DNA from: a virus
Taxonomy: Duplodnaviria; Caudoviricetes
Direction: 5' to 3' (one strand)
Virus record (IMG/VR): IMGVR_UViG_3300028805_002025
Coordinates: 96,001-160,000 of that record
DNA: 64,000 nucleotides
Part shown: positions 24,101 through 32,243 of the stretch, piece after piece
Position numbering within the stretch: position 1 is the stretch's first letter
Layout: every line of letters starts with the position of its first letter
Position numbers and translations under genes: made by a program
Notes under the pieces: model-generated
Told to the model about the DNA's origin: nothing
Databases searched by the model: none
Seen by the model: only the letters and a program-made list of their open reading frames with translations

Positions 24101-25212
24101 AGGTACTTTGCAGTGTGCTTTGATACACCCTCGTTACCAGTCTCTGTCTTGCTTATCCTAAACCTAACCTGTGTTCTGGTTGGAATACCAGTGGTAGGGT
24201 TATCGGTTGGTACAATATTACCATATTCGTCAGTTCCTATGTAATCAAGGTTCATAGGTATCTGGTAGCACCATACACCGTCGCTGTCGATTAGGGCATT
24301 ACCCTGTATTGGGTATTCCTCAACAAGGCCGTCTGTGGTCTTACGAATCATTTCAATTGTACCCTCTCCAGCAATGAGCTGTGCGTTCATACCGTTCTCC
24401 TCATTTGGAGCACACTTATGACCGATTGAGTTACCCTCATTATCAGATACAATAGAACCCATAAACACACAAGTTGGCTCGAACTTGTATGCTATCTGTA
24501 CATCACACCTGGTAATAGCTGCAACGCCATTCTCAGCGTCACCCCAGAATGGATATACATACACGCTCTTATCCTGTGAAAATATTTGTCTAAGGCTGTC
24601 AAAATTGGTGCTAGCCTTAAACTGGCTTGGACTGTCAAATTCTGACAAGTCATAGCCTCTATATGTAAAATCTCTTGGCTTCTGTGACAATATACCTATG
24701 TCAGACAGGTCAATGTCAACATGAACCGTCTGACTGCCAGTAGGTACACCGAATATCATATAGTCGCCAGCGTTGTTGGTAACTGTGGTGTATTTATAGT
24801 ATTTGTCATATACCGCAAGCTGTATATTGTCGTCAAGGAGATATCTCTTCTGTGGGAACGTACCTACCACCCTATAACAATCATCGTCGCTATAGTCTGG
24901 CAACAGGTTGTACCTTCTTCCCTCCTTGTCCTTGCTAGTTACCTCACTGTATGGGTAAATGTTCTCCATATCAACAGGGTCATTCTCGTCCCTCTCGATG
25001 AAAACGGAGATTTTTGCATTTGGAATACCAAACGCATCATTAGCAAGAACCCTTCCAATTATGACACCATAGTTGGAAGAGTGTAGTCTGTAGGTATCCT
25101 TTTGTCTTAACTTCAGTGACAGAATCTCCATGAAGTCGAAATCCTGTTTCAAGTTAACATTAAGAAGGGTATCCTTTATAATATTGGTATGTATTCTAAA
25201 ACTTTTTTCCAT
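18187..25212 (-). CDS. very large putative baseplate/tail-associated structural protein
   Basis: 2341 aa; N-terminal GRVLANDAFGIPNAKISVF resembles a carboxypeptidase-regulatory-like beta-sandwich; internal hydrophobic segment; downstream of the wedge genes. Confidence 0.6.
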   Translation of the reverse strand: MEKSFRIHTNIIKDTLLNVNLKQDFDFMEILSLKLRQKDTYRLHSSNYGVIIGRVLANDAFGIPNAKISVFIERDENDPVDMENIYPYSEVTSKDKEGRRYNLLPDYSDDDCYRVVGTFPQKRYLLDDNIQLAVYDKYYKYTTVTNNAGDYMIFGVPTGSQTVHVDIDLSDIGILSQKPRDFTYRGYDLSEFDSPSQFKASTNFDSLRQIFSQDKSVYVYPFWGDAENGVAAITRCDVQIAYKFEPTCVFMGSIVSDNEGNSIGHKCAPNEENGMNAQLIAGEGTIEMIRKTTDGLVEEYPIQGNALIDSDGVWCYQIPMNLDYIGTDEYGNIVPTDNPTTGIPTRTQVRFRISKTETGNEGVSKHTAKYLVPMNPVLYEGPAKGGSKAKNPEIPMTQEETGEEMEKMYNFGSNTPQSCFRDLYWNNVYSVKNFIPKTQVAHRAYAPNYSALKGANLVEDQNPVPFNKLRIDLPFMYIVVCIIFRIIILIVTVINTLICGVNIILGFFQKIKNVKIFGIRPFKALFGWIPDPIGCIALSAGLEEGNIAYFPGCWCSNGLNEADCPEDMEDDCVKKGGYDAKELKDRIERNLARDFKIVKLDFYQDWINGVLYMPLWYWRKRKKKSFLFGLFVRRAKNEFCDCDKDYTRQKTFVTCEIEYDGNSLQTTDDSVDYDENRWHKRRTSRIWFTNGLIKGVENKDGLTAYYYTAFHANTSDKREHVMPIKQRFNRFYMVRLYATDIILLGNLNEDNYYGIPQLYKGLPSTTANIPLIATVQEDTTNKDDKTPSNDTDDATDVGTVITTGMDWGASGASQTPLYGEGLFMDLSCTYADTKAKSCINVERLSELGVGLDMTHNMAYSNGGNDVKYGKISTDGFITKYELDDMETRAMFATLNHIGFIPQDYQDKIGAYATQVQDEHTGYLIPKFKYIYPVDFDGRMSPIMENYSYDFNQASFDETDEAYLTFRLGAESGLTYDKNEERRIRHFYFTKKNDRVYKMPLYNNSFFFYFGINKGSTAIDKFNKLFYAPCFQNDKKPFTFDYSTRGRSYCPSTYAGGNVANYDGYAYIDVVLDDIQMPYSYSLFDEAGMEVISETGMTESRFIIGGYIDDNGNVKSNPEGMVYYQVGSNSGTPVHNMYGNGSDDSSGLTNQTYTLTVTDVNGRHISEKIELSIPKIAVDYEAHQLGTRFYSTATTRIDYICTDETQFYGKLKITDFVVDGYMYYITDSLAQGYDRTSDSYIVWLTGQTDDVSGDEEGNNKLTAYAVIKLGVSESPGPGFVKECLCDKTNSATTAQRAAGGVYIEEAASSDPPTTYWFADDKGTKNPNTFFVYQPNNFTLTITQICDNMELSGNTSSEIVAVNNGENFNAYLSGMPVKFMLGSVSDSSAATIANQSNFYRSEVVRTPRGSGLIGWYGLHQETTYRFNMPDSATVLRNTDVWLDYVDLKTPITSYKSKANILKFKFNSMFSLSKSGYVVDGTSPFTYATRGGVNPILYRSVVPQYNGKNFLSRYVLSESNKATGRDDYPLIVGNNYSGHTSDPQEPYFNCMYNECDVLGNYFAAFTQNGGYTSSTAIDSSIKAMKIPNYTKVTPREGANEKVIGTDEVNRLGHFAYTFEKRGNYQPYLRSMFVDRRFDFDLLILAPVMGTAINLYPTTEGIMTDKDGNPMLDDQGNPIPATIADGRETIWKSARISGWTYNGIEMSYDKDYNIISADTTFPTSSETIEGSEVIITKGYATKADRNKRLEYSYVIPSGGTDGDAITYYNTEQNMIWEGDTPEPGKEQIVKRYYTASFGGFDIRNFFWSQFNEDRLSEAASTCSITSSVPYIFNYPKTNMDFRHASIPNGYNGDFNMENVARQGNYPTVRMIDICNITPSETYEFDILPCSYNIKPVVEENGEITCKAVGDDGLSFLNDFTEPVEFLPPNDDSNDYCNVLYSGTTEETISGKKYRKFEASEANLYFRYNMVENDDFDVYTSVPRVIKVLPYINDYDGISYIKTVTPTGEIAARGTIDGIIDDDNILLYKFFKDSNTFIDLFSSGGKDTFLPSGFNLDDYHEKNYKNSVSDNISSPFYYNNNIKDWVTSDSNDFENIKFQREHINIKNIMAFCILVDRVYEYIDDDKLKRRLRSIEFGEIYDSRKVLMKISNLQTYIQCKVIGATEVKVPVEHVVSAETTYNEEEDKYETTVETSGGTESGSGENKVHIQVITFDMLLETGQPPTKRESESFAAYSMIGYTFRFENEKDLFDVQPTSSWTTANGTDVEVHLMVRWPNGMGVLADDEWKGKCKCTIYAKTQSSFIYKLDTFAINFMDQSDGDSGGHYDATSKTSTMKNGEKANTSASM

Positions 25213-25215
25213 AAA

Positions 25216-25452
25216 TTACTTGAGATATTTTCCTAGCCATTTTGGTAAAATCATAACCTTATCTTTCTTAAACAGTATGACGAAAATAACGTACAGAATC
25301 ATCAGTGGTGTTATAACCACCGCAAGACCTATAACTATAAGGGACATCACGAATTTCATCAAGTATCTGAACCCCTTATGAAGGATGGTCTCATCCTCCT
25401 TCACGCCATACTTATCCTCTATCTCAGCTTTTCTTTTGCAATTACATGCCAT
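25216..25452 (-). CDS. small membrane protein
   Basis: 78 aa; N-terminal MACNCK; hydrophobic stretch FVMSLIVIGLAVVITPLMILYVIFVILF. Confidence 0.6.
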   Translation of the reverse strand: MACNCKRKAEIEDKYGVKEDETILHKGFRYLMKFVMSLIVIGLAVVITPLMILYVIFVILFKKDKVMILPKWLGKYLK

Positions 25453-25469
25453 AACACTATATCTTTTCC

Positions 25470-27491
25470 TTATCTAATTTTACACTTAACCTGTATATCG
25501 GTAACTGGATTCTTAATCTCGTACATTGAGTTGTAGTCACCATACAGAACTCTGTCAACTGCCTCCAGGTCTATCTCCGCAAGCTCAGCGTCCTCGATGG
25601 TGAAACTGCTCTCTTTGAAGTCGTCACACGAACTGTTCCTTACAAGCTCTGGGAGAGGACATTTATCTGCGCTGTAGCTACCATTCCATATCTTGTGTAT
25701 TCGAAGGTCTATGAGGCTTATAACACCATCTGTGAGCGTTATAGTCTTCTCAAGGTCTCCTATGAATATGTCGTCACCCATATCATGGTCATCGATGTTG
25801 AAATAAGCATATACAGTATTGATTACATTCTGTATCACATCACCAACGTTATAGTTCTTGTCGATGAACAATTCAAGCTCGACTCCGATATTGTAGATTC
25901 TACCACTTCTAACCTCGATATAATCGTTTATCTGTTTATAGTTGGACATGTACTCCAGGATGTTCTCAACAAGTGTCTGAGCAAGAGAAGAATCAAGCTT
26001 TCCAAGTGAATCCACACCAAGCAGGCTCATTTCAACCTTATTGTTTGTCTCAATCACTGTATTTCTGAATGGAGCACCGAACTTAGGAGGCATCTGCATC
26101 AGCTTAACCTTGTAATCCTTAACCGTAACCGCCCTGTTCTGTGAAGTAGTGTTGTACTTAATGAGATACTTAATCTCCTCGTTTGAAGGGGCATCCTTAC
26201 CAGCCAAGGCTGTAGATATGTTCTTAACATCAAGTGAAGATATCACCTCACCTCTCTTGCTACCGTCAGTGTTTCCAGTGTTTCCACCCCAGTCAACGTT
26301 TGCAAGTGCTATGGTATTGATTGCTCCAGGACCTAGATTTGTGGAAGCACCGCCTCCAACCCTGTACAGTACATACATCGTCCAGCCCTCCTTCGGCAAC
26401 ACACCAAGCATGTCGTTATTAATTAAGTTGGAAGCAATGTAATTTGCGTATGTAGTCTGATTGTCTGGTACTACACCGTACCCGTTGCTAGCACCAAATA
26501 TAATCTTCAGATAACCATTGTCAGTGAACTCGGTTATGAACTTCTGGGTCAATGGTTTCCACTTTCCACGATAATACCTTGAGGTGCTGTCACTTATAGG
26601 ATTTCCAGATATATCATACTTGGTCTCTGTATAGTCATCATAGATATGTGGAGAGTAAATATTGTTAATTACCTTCACACCTTCCTCCTGGAATGAACCC
26701 ACCATGCCAAACCTGTACTGGTCTGCAAGTGAGTCAACCTCGAAGTACCTGTATGTCATTACAGCATCCTTTGAAAGTCTAAACTCCTCAGCATCAATAT
26801 AATACTCATATATCTTTGGAGAAGTAGAGATATCGCTTGTCTCCTTGAATATGATTGACTCGATGTTCATTACATTCCTCTCTGGGAGCACAATCTCCAT
26901 AAATGGTTTAATATCAGATGCATACATCACTTTCTTATATACCTTTGTATTACCATTAACTACGATGGTAGACTTTGCTATGGTATAACCTGTTATGTTT
27001 CCGTTGTTGTCTCTTGCTGGTGTAATCTTCCTGTTTGAGAATCCGTCGTTGTTGAACTGTTCAGCGAAGTTTACATCCTCTGTAAGCTCAAAGTTTACAG
27101 CACCAGCAGAAACAATGCTAGTCCTCTGTAGTATAGGGGCATAGTTCCAGTTTGGCTTGCTTATGTCGGTTGAGTCAACAGGAAGTTGACAGCTTAGTTC
27201 CACCTCACACATAGATGCCTTAGGTCCTGGTACTTTCACACCATTAGCCCTTGCAAGGTTGAGAAGCGTACTCTTCAAGCTCGCGCTGTTGATGTTCGTC
27301 TCCTGGAACATCCTGTCTGTATGGTAACTAAGGTCATCACCAACTGCTGACACAAGGTCTATGAACCACGCACCAACGCTGGAATCAGCAAAGTCATCAG
27401 CCACCTCTGGGTAGTACTGATTACTGAATTTTATAAGTTCTTCCTTTATACTTGCAAAGTCTCTGCTTAAAAAATTAATATGTTTTTCCAT
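25470..27491 (-). CDS. baseplate wedge protein (T4 gp6 / baseplate J-like)
   Basis: N-terminal RDFASIKEELI...DF...S.G...IDLVS..GD.LSY..D; LKIIFG; YRVGGG..TN; QNRAVTVKDY; directly downstream of the gp25-like gene. Confidence 0.85.
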   Translation of the reverse strand: MEKHINFLSRDFASIKEELIKFSNQYYPEVADDFADSSVGAWFIDLVSAVGDDLSYHTDRMFQETNINSASLKSTLLNLARANGVKVPGPKASMCEVELSCQLPVDSTDISKPNWNYAPILQRTSIVSAGAVNFELTEDVNFAEQFNNDGFSNRKITPARDNNGNITGYTIAKSTIVVNGNTKVYKKVMYASDIKPFMEIVLPERNVMNIESIIFKETSDISTSPKIYEYYIDAEEFRLSKDAVMTYRYFEVDSLADQYRFGMVGSFQEEGVKVINNIYSPHIYDDYTETKYDISGNPISDSTSRYYRGKWKPLTQKFITEFTDNGYLKIIFGASNGYGVVPDNQTTYANYIASNLINNDMLGVLPKEGWTMYVLYRVGGGASTNLGPGAINTIALANVDWGGNTGNTDGSKRGEVISSLDVKNISTALAGKDAPSNEEIKYLIKYNTTSQNRAVTVKDYKVKLMQMPPKFGAPFRNTVIETNNKVEMSLLGVDSLGKLDSSLAQTLVENILEYMSNYKQINDYIEVRSGRIYNIGVELELFIDKNYNVGDVIQNVINTVYAYFNIDDHDMGDDIFIGDLEKTITLTDGVISLIDLRIHKIWNGSYSADKCPLPELVRNSSCDDFKESSFTIEDAELAEIDLEAVDRVLYGDYNSMYEIKNPVTDIQVKCKIR

Positions 27492-27492
27492 C

Positions 27493-27882
27493 TTATATCT
27501 CTACTACTATACTGTCATTAGTTACCTTATTACCTTCCGTAACACTATAATCAAGCCTTACGAAAATCTGTGACTCGTCTTCCTCATTCTTAACAACACT
27601 TATATCCCTCAAAGACAGATTGTTAGACCATCTTGTAACTGACTCACTAACTTCCATCTTCACTGCCTCCCATGTAGTTCCATCGTTCTGGTCGAATATG
27701 AACTTGATGAGGTCTGTTCCGAACTCTGGGTTTCTAATCCTCTGACCCTTTGGGGTGAACACAATATGCATGAGCTGACTCTTCACCTTGTCTGCAATGG
27801 TTTCATTGGCAGCGACATAGAAGTGTCTCTCATTATCGTCCAAGAATGGGTACTTAACACCAAAAAACTGTTTCTTAGCCAT
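27493..27882 (-). CDS. baseplate wedge protein, gp25/GPW-like
   Basis: 129 aa with the gp25 signature FTPKGQRIRNPEFGTDLIKFIFD. Confidence 0.85.
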   Translation of the reverse strand: MAKKQFFGVKYPFLDDNERHFYVAANETIADKVKSQLMHIVFTPKGQRIRNPEFGTDLIKFIFDQNDGTTWEAVKMEVSESVTRWSNNLSLRDISVVKNEEDESQIFVRLDYSVTEGNKVTNDSIVVEI

Positions 27883-27902
27883 TATACTGTTAAATTATTA
27901 CT

Positions 27903-27912
27903 AATAAGTATA
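27903..27912 (-). promoter_or_regulatory. putative phage late-promoter motif variant (TATACTTATT) heading the structural block
   Basis: One mismatch to the TATTTAT motif seen before other structural genes; ~20 nt upstream of the gp25-like ATG, just after a terminator. Confidence 0.4.
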
Positions 27913-27944
27913 TAAAATTTAACTTTTTTCGATGTAATATAAAC

Positions 27945-27974
27945 AAAAAATGCAGCCATTTCTGACTGCATTTT
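27945..27974 (-). terminator. intrinsic terminator ending the accessory island
   Basis: Minus strand ATGCAGTCA-GAAA-TGGCTGCAT followed by a T-run. Confidence 0.8.
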
Positions 27975-27992
27975 ATAGAGTAAAATAATTTC

Positions 27993-28286
27993 TTAACAAC
28001 GACCACTATCATTATAGCCCCCACCACCAGACCCACAGCCACCATAGCTGTAGTCATAATGGCTATCAGAACCGCATCCTCCTACAGAACGACTACTACC
28101 ACAACTGTAACCACAGTCATCATCATCGTCAAAAGGATTAACAACAGGAGGCACAAACAACATGTTTCTGTTTGCCCTTGCTGCACGAGTCGTAATCTTC
28201 TTGGTGATACCATCAACCGCATTGGTGACAGCTTCGCTTATCATTTTCTTAAGCTCACCTTCCTCAATTAGAATAAACTTTCCCAT
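27993..28286 (-). CDS. small protein with acidic linker and Gly/Ser/Cys/Tyr-rich C-terminal tail
   Basis: Start moved to ATG 28286 (MGKFILIEEGELKKMISEAV), downstream of a GATATTTATA motif; tail DDDDDCGYSCGSSRSVGGCGSDSHYDYSYGGCGSGGGGYNDSGRC. Confidence 0.65.
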   Translation of the reverse strand: MGKFILIEEGELKKMISEAVTNAVDGITKKITTRAARANRNMLFVPPVVNPFDDDDDCGYSCGSSRSVGGCGSDSHYDYSYGGCGSGGGGYNDSGRC

Positions 28287-28306
28287 AACCTTATACGCTT
28301 TATGTT

Positions 28307-28316
28307 TATAAATATC
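28307..28316 (-). promoter_or_regulatory. putative phage late-promoter motif GATATTTATA
   Basis: Identical 10-mer at 38656-38665 and 55435-55444, each a short distance upstream of a start codon. Confidence 0.5.
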
Positions 28317-28318
28317 CG

Positions 28319-29182
28319 TCAAATCCAATAAGGATGAAGACTTCCATCCTCATAGACGACACCAAAGTAGTATTCCTTCCCAAAGATGTTCCTGGTAGCA
28401 GCCTTCAGCGTATCAGCCAAAGTAGCGTGAACACACTTGTTCACAAGGAAACACGTTCTCTTTAGGGTGAACTTACCCTCATACGAAGGTATGTAGGGCG
28501 TAATATCAAACTCGGTCTTACAACCATGCGCAAACGGTGACTTTAACTTCACACCAAACGTCTTCTCGAACGAAACAAACATGTCTGGTCTGTCGAACAG
28601 CTCAACCAGCTTGATATTCTTGAAACCCATCTGGTTATAATGCTCGATACACTTGCAGATTTCATCCTTGTCACACAAGTATGGTTTCACCATGTTGATG
28701 TTCATGGTAATCTTGCTCTTGTCCTCGATGCTGCGATAGAAGCCCTGTCTGTCGAATGTTGACTTATGACCACGTATCTGGTCTGCAATCTCCTCGTTGT
28801 AGTGCTGAGGTGATATTGCCATACCATCACACTCGTTGAGGATATTGTAGAACGCATACCTGTACTGGTAACACTGCTCTGGAACTGATGTAATAACATA
28901 TACCTTCAGATTTGTACTGGACTTAACCTTACGAATTAAATCCAACACATTATCTATGAAAAGCATAGGCTCTCCACCACTGATACAGATGGAGTTAATC
29001 TTACCCCTGTTCTCGTATATCCTTGAAAATATAGCCCTTACATCTGGTTTCTTCACAGCATCATGGAGTCCCTTGTTCAAGGCATCCACACAGAAAGGAC
29101 ACTTGTTCGGACACAGCTTGGTGAAATGAATCTGCAACTCATTCTCAATCTGGTCACACGCATTTACATTGTACTTAATCAT
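28319..29182 (-). CDS. radical SAM protein
   Basis: CxxxCxxC motif (CPNKCPFC) and GGE motif (ISGGEPML); ATG 2 nt after the pnuC stop. Confidence 0.85.
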   Translation of the reverse strand: MIKYNVNACDQIENELQIHFTKLCPNKCPFCVDALNKGLHDAVKKPDVRAIFSRIYENRGKINSICISGGEPMLFIDNVLDLIRKVKSSTNLKVYVITSVPEQCYQYRYAFYNILNECDGMAISPQHYNEEIADQIRGHKSTFDRQGFYRSIEDKSKITMNINMVKPYLCDKDEICKCIEHYNQMGFKNIKLVELFDRPDMFVSFEKTFGVKLKSPFAHGCKTEFDITPYIPSYEGKFTLKRTCFLVNKCVHATLADTLKAATRNIFGKEYYFGVVYEDGSLHPYWI

Positions 29183-29184
29183 AG

Positions 29185-29850
29185 TCAATCACTCCACTTA
29201 TAATAGCCATAGATACAATTGATAGTCCAGAATACAAACTGCAATACCATACACCAGTCACCAGCAATACTCCACATTATAATACTACCAACATCAATTA
29301 TAAACCAGTAGAACCAACTCTCCTTGAATCTGAATATCATAAGGATTTGGGCTACAAACGCTGGAAGAGTAGTAATTGCATCCATTAGCGGCTGGCTGTC
29401 ATCAGTCCTCATTAATCCAGTGTACAACATGAGCGTTCCGAACACAGTGGCTATGAATACCCACACATTCTGCAAGTGAGTCATTTTTCTCGTCTCTACG
29501 GCTATTTCATTCTCATTGTAGTGCTTTATCCAATGGAACAATCCGAAGAGCATGGTGACGAAATAAAAGGCATTCTCGGCTATTTCTCCATACAGTTTCT
29601 CATTCACACATAATATGACATATGTGATAAGCTGTGCAAAGCCAAAGACATAGAATGAAATCTTTCTCTGGCTGCACAATACAACGGATATAATACCAAG
29701 ACATCCACTAATCAATGATAGTTCACTACCACCACTGAATTTGAATGCAAGTGCCTGTGTCAAGACACCAAGAAACATGAAGAATACGCTGAAATTCACG
29801 CCAGTATGAGTACCCTCAAGCTTCACTATGTCCGAAAAACTCTTACTCAT
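29185..29850 (-). CDS. pnuC: PnuC-family (nicotinamide riboside/B-vitamin) inner-membrane transporter
   Basis: 221 aa multi-TM; Pnu signatures GLFHW, QPLMDAITT, AQILM, ESWFYWFIIDV and INCIYGYYKW; coupled to the nadR-like gene. Confidence 0.85.
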   Translation of the reverse strand: MSKSFSDIVKLEGTHTGVNFSVFFMFLGVLTQALAFKFSGGSELSLISGCLGIISVVLCSQRKISFYVFGFAQLITYVILCVNEKLYGEIAENAFYFVTMLFGLFHWIKHYNENEIAVETRKMTHLQNVWVFIATVFGTLMLYTGLMRTDDSQPLMDAITTLPAFVAQILMIFRFKESWFYWFIIDVGSIIMWSIAGDWCMVLQFVFWTINCIYGYYKWSD

Positions 29851-30931
29851 TGTACAAACTGTTAATGTAATCCTTTACCTTGTTGAAATTTGACAGGAAA
29901 TTACCGTCAAGAATCTCCACCTTCTCCCAGAGGCCAAACTCCTTAAGCAGCTCAACCAGCTTGTTGAAGTTGGCAATACGCTCGTCGATAGACGACTGCT
30001 TCATGTAGCGACTGCCATCGTCCACAAACTTATTCTTTGGAGGCAGCAGGAAAATCTTATCCCACTTCACACGACCTGCAAGTGACTTAGCTGCTGGAAG
30101 CACCTTTGTATCGTACTCTTCCTTAGTGATAGGCACGTTTGGGTCTTCTGTATAAGCCAGTGCATACATCAGCGTAACCAGGTTGTCAGTATCAGAGATA
30201 AACACACCCTGGTCGTTGTTTCTTACACGCTTACATACGTCCACACTCTGACCAATAAGGAAGTCGATGAAATCATCTGCCGTAAGGTCTGTGTCGGTCT
30301 TACACTTGGCAAGCAAGTCATCCCTTCCATACTCCTCAGAGTGGTCGATACCAAAGTACGTGGAAATGTCACGCACTAGGGTTGTCTTACCCTCAGAAGC
30401 AGTGCCAGTAATAAGGATGTTATGACACAGGTTGTTTCGGTACTCCCTAACGATGTACTTCCAGTACTTCAAGGGGTTCTCACGGATGGCAGTACCACTT
30501 ACAGGCACAACCTTATCAATCAGTGTGGTTTTAGCATTAAGAAGATTATGCTTCTCCAGCATTTCCTTGTAATAAGGTTCTGCAACATACCACATGATAG
30601 AAGTGCCGTTATGCGATGGCGTAATATTGGTTTTACGCATCACCTCCTTCTGCCATAGAATCCAGTTGTTATCACACATGCTCTCGTCAATACCAAGCTC
30701 TGTGTCGTTGATGGACAATACAGTAATAAGCTCGTCCTTCTCGAATATTTTACGTACAATTGCCGTGCGCTCCTTCAACGTCATGTTGATGTTGCCAGCA
30801 CGTTCCTCATTGTCGTACCCGCAGACGATGACAAACACCTTGTCATTCTCCTTCTTAGCCCTCATGATGGCATCGAGGTGTCCACGATGCATTGGACAAT
30901 ATCCACCGAAACAAATTCCTATTCTACTCAT
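29843..30931 (-). CDS. nadR: NadR-like bifunctional NMN adenylyltransferase / ribosylnicotinamide kinase (no HTH repressor domain)
   Basis: HxGH nucleotidyltransferase motif (FGGYCPMHRGH) and VSGTAIRENP; P-loop GTASEGKTT, EYGR, DTD, FVDDGSR; ATG at 30931 overlaps the upstream TGA. Confidence 0.85.
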   Translation of the reverse strand: MSRIGICFGGYCPMHRGHLDAIMRAKKENDKVFVIVCGYDNEERAGNINMTLKERTAIVRKIFEKDELITVLSINDTELGIDESMCDNNWILWQKEVMRKTNITPSHNGTSIMWYVAEPYYKEMLEKHNLLNAKTTLIDKVVPVSGTAIRENPLKYWKYIVREYRNNLCHNILITGTASEGKTTLVRDISTYFGIDHSEEYGRDDLLAKCKTDTDLTADDFIDFLIGQSVDVCKRVRNNDQGVFISDTDNLVTLMYALAYTEDPNVPITKEEYDTKVLPAAKSLAGRVKWDKIFLLPPKNKFVDDGSRYMKQSSIDERIANFNKLVELLKEFGLWEKVEILDGNFLSNFNKVKDYINSLYNE

Positions 30932-31182
30932 TTTTCGCACTCCTTTATCTTTGCCTTCAAAATATTAATTTTACTGATTAGTTTATCCCTGTTATGTTCA
31001 AGAATCATCTTCATCATTTCTGGAGTTAACTCTGCATCAACAGTGAGAACATTTCCCAGTATAATCATTTTATTGATATGACCAACCGCAGAACCAGGTC
31101 TGTGGTTGGCTGCGTCTTCAAACCAATGGAGAGTGGTCTCAGCCGCATCAAGAGCATATTCTAATTGCCATTTCGATGTCAT
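30928..31182 (-). CDS. hypothetical protein
   Basis: 84 aa, 4-nt overlaps with both neighbours. Confidence 0.6.
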   Translation of the reverse strand: MTSKWQLEYALDAAETTLHWFEDAANHRPGSAVGHINKMIILGNVLTVDAELTPEMMKMILEHNRDKLISKINILKAKIKECEK

Positions 31183-31904
31183 ACCGTGTAGTCTTTTGTG
31201 AATCCTCCCCTACAGATAGATTCAAGTTGTTTCTTATCCATAGAGAATGCATAGTCGAATCCCCACTGTTCAATACCGCCAGAAGAGATTTTAAACAAAG
31301 CTCTCTCTGGGAAATGCGCCTTTCTCTCAGAGTTGTCAACACACTCGAAAATAGGTCTACCACTTTCATTCCATTCTCCAGAGAACCTTAGTTCGTGACA
31401 AGAGTTGTCATAGTCAGCTATGTAGCAACGTTTGAATGTTGGCTCTAGTCTGTCAAAGTCCTCACATTTATCTGTAAGTCCCTTCAGCCAGTGATGATAG
31501 TTATGAGCGTATTCGAACTCACTGAAACAGGTTCTGAAAATCTCGATTTTCATAGACATCGGCAACTTGTCGAATTCCTCAATAACCCTAACTTTACTAT
31601 TAGAATCATAGCCTTTCATAGTTACTACTGGAGAGATAAGCCTATAGCCAAGAACACACAGAACTTTCTCATTATTGTCGCCATGATGCCTAAATGCGTT
31701 GTCTGTCATGAATCCAACTCTCAAGAACACTAGTGAATCAATAACTTCTTCACACCAGCCAGAACAGCCGCCCATTGAGTAGCAAGGTATTGACTTGAGA
31801 TTATTCTCTATAAGGTGATTCTTTATAATTTCACCAAGGTTCTCATTCTCACTATAAAAATCATTAATGTGAGTTACGATTTCTTTTATTTCTGCTTTAT
31901 TCAT
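31179..31904 (-). CDS. hypothetical protein
   Basis: 241 aa, in operon context. Confidence 0.6.
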   Translation of the reverse strand: MNKAEIKEIVTHINDFYSENENLGEIIKNHLIENNLKSIPCYSMGGCSGWCEEVIDSLVFLRVGFMTDNAFRHHGDNNEKVLCVLGYRLISPVVTMKGYDSNSKVRVIEEFDKLPMSMKIEIFRTCFSEFEYAHNYHHWLKGLTDKCEDFDRLEPTFKRCYIADYDNSCHELRFSGEWNESGRPIFECVDNSERKAHFPERALFKISSGGIEQWGFDYAFSMDKKQLESICRGGFTKDYTV

Positions 31905-31915
31905 ATCAGTATATG

Positions 31916-32155
31916 TTATAACTTTATAATTCCACTTTCAACACATGATGCAAGCCACGCTTGCTTTGCAGGGTCTCCATCAAGAGCAGCCGTAATCCAC
32001 GCCTGTCTTGTCTGTCTACTTCTCTCACGTAGGTTATCCCTTTCCCATGAGAATAGGGAATCCTTCTGTTCCTCACAAAGTGCTCCGTAAGCTGCTTCTT
32101 TAGCCTCCTTACGCATCTTGCAGCGTCTTATTATTCCTTGTATAAACTTCAACAT
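31916..32155 (-). CDS. hypothetical protein
   Basis: 79 aa from ATG 32155; the longer ORF-track start runs through the promoter/terminator cassette. Confidence 0.55.
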   Translation of the reverse strand: MLKFIQGIIRRCKMRKEAKEAAYGALCEEQKDSLFSWERDNLRERSRQTRQAWITAALDGDPAKQAWLASCVESGIIKL

Positions 32156-32180
32156 ATCTGAAACATTTTTAATTTCACAT

Positions 32181-32229
32181 GCAAAGATAAACAAAAAAAG
32201 TGAGATAACCAAAATTATCCCACTTTTTT
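32181..32229 (-). promoter_or_regulatory. Bacteroidetes-type promoter (-33 TTTG, 20 nt, -7 TATCTTTG) fused to an intrinsic terminator hairpin
   Basis: Minus strand AAAAAAGTGGGATAA-TTTTGG-TTATCTCACTTTTTTT-GTTTATCTTTGC. Confidence 0.8.
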
Positions 32230-32243
32230 AAGCATTTTTAACA

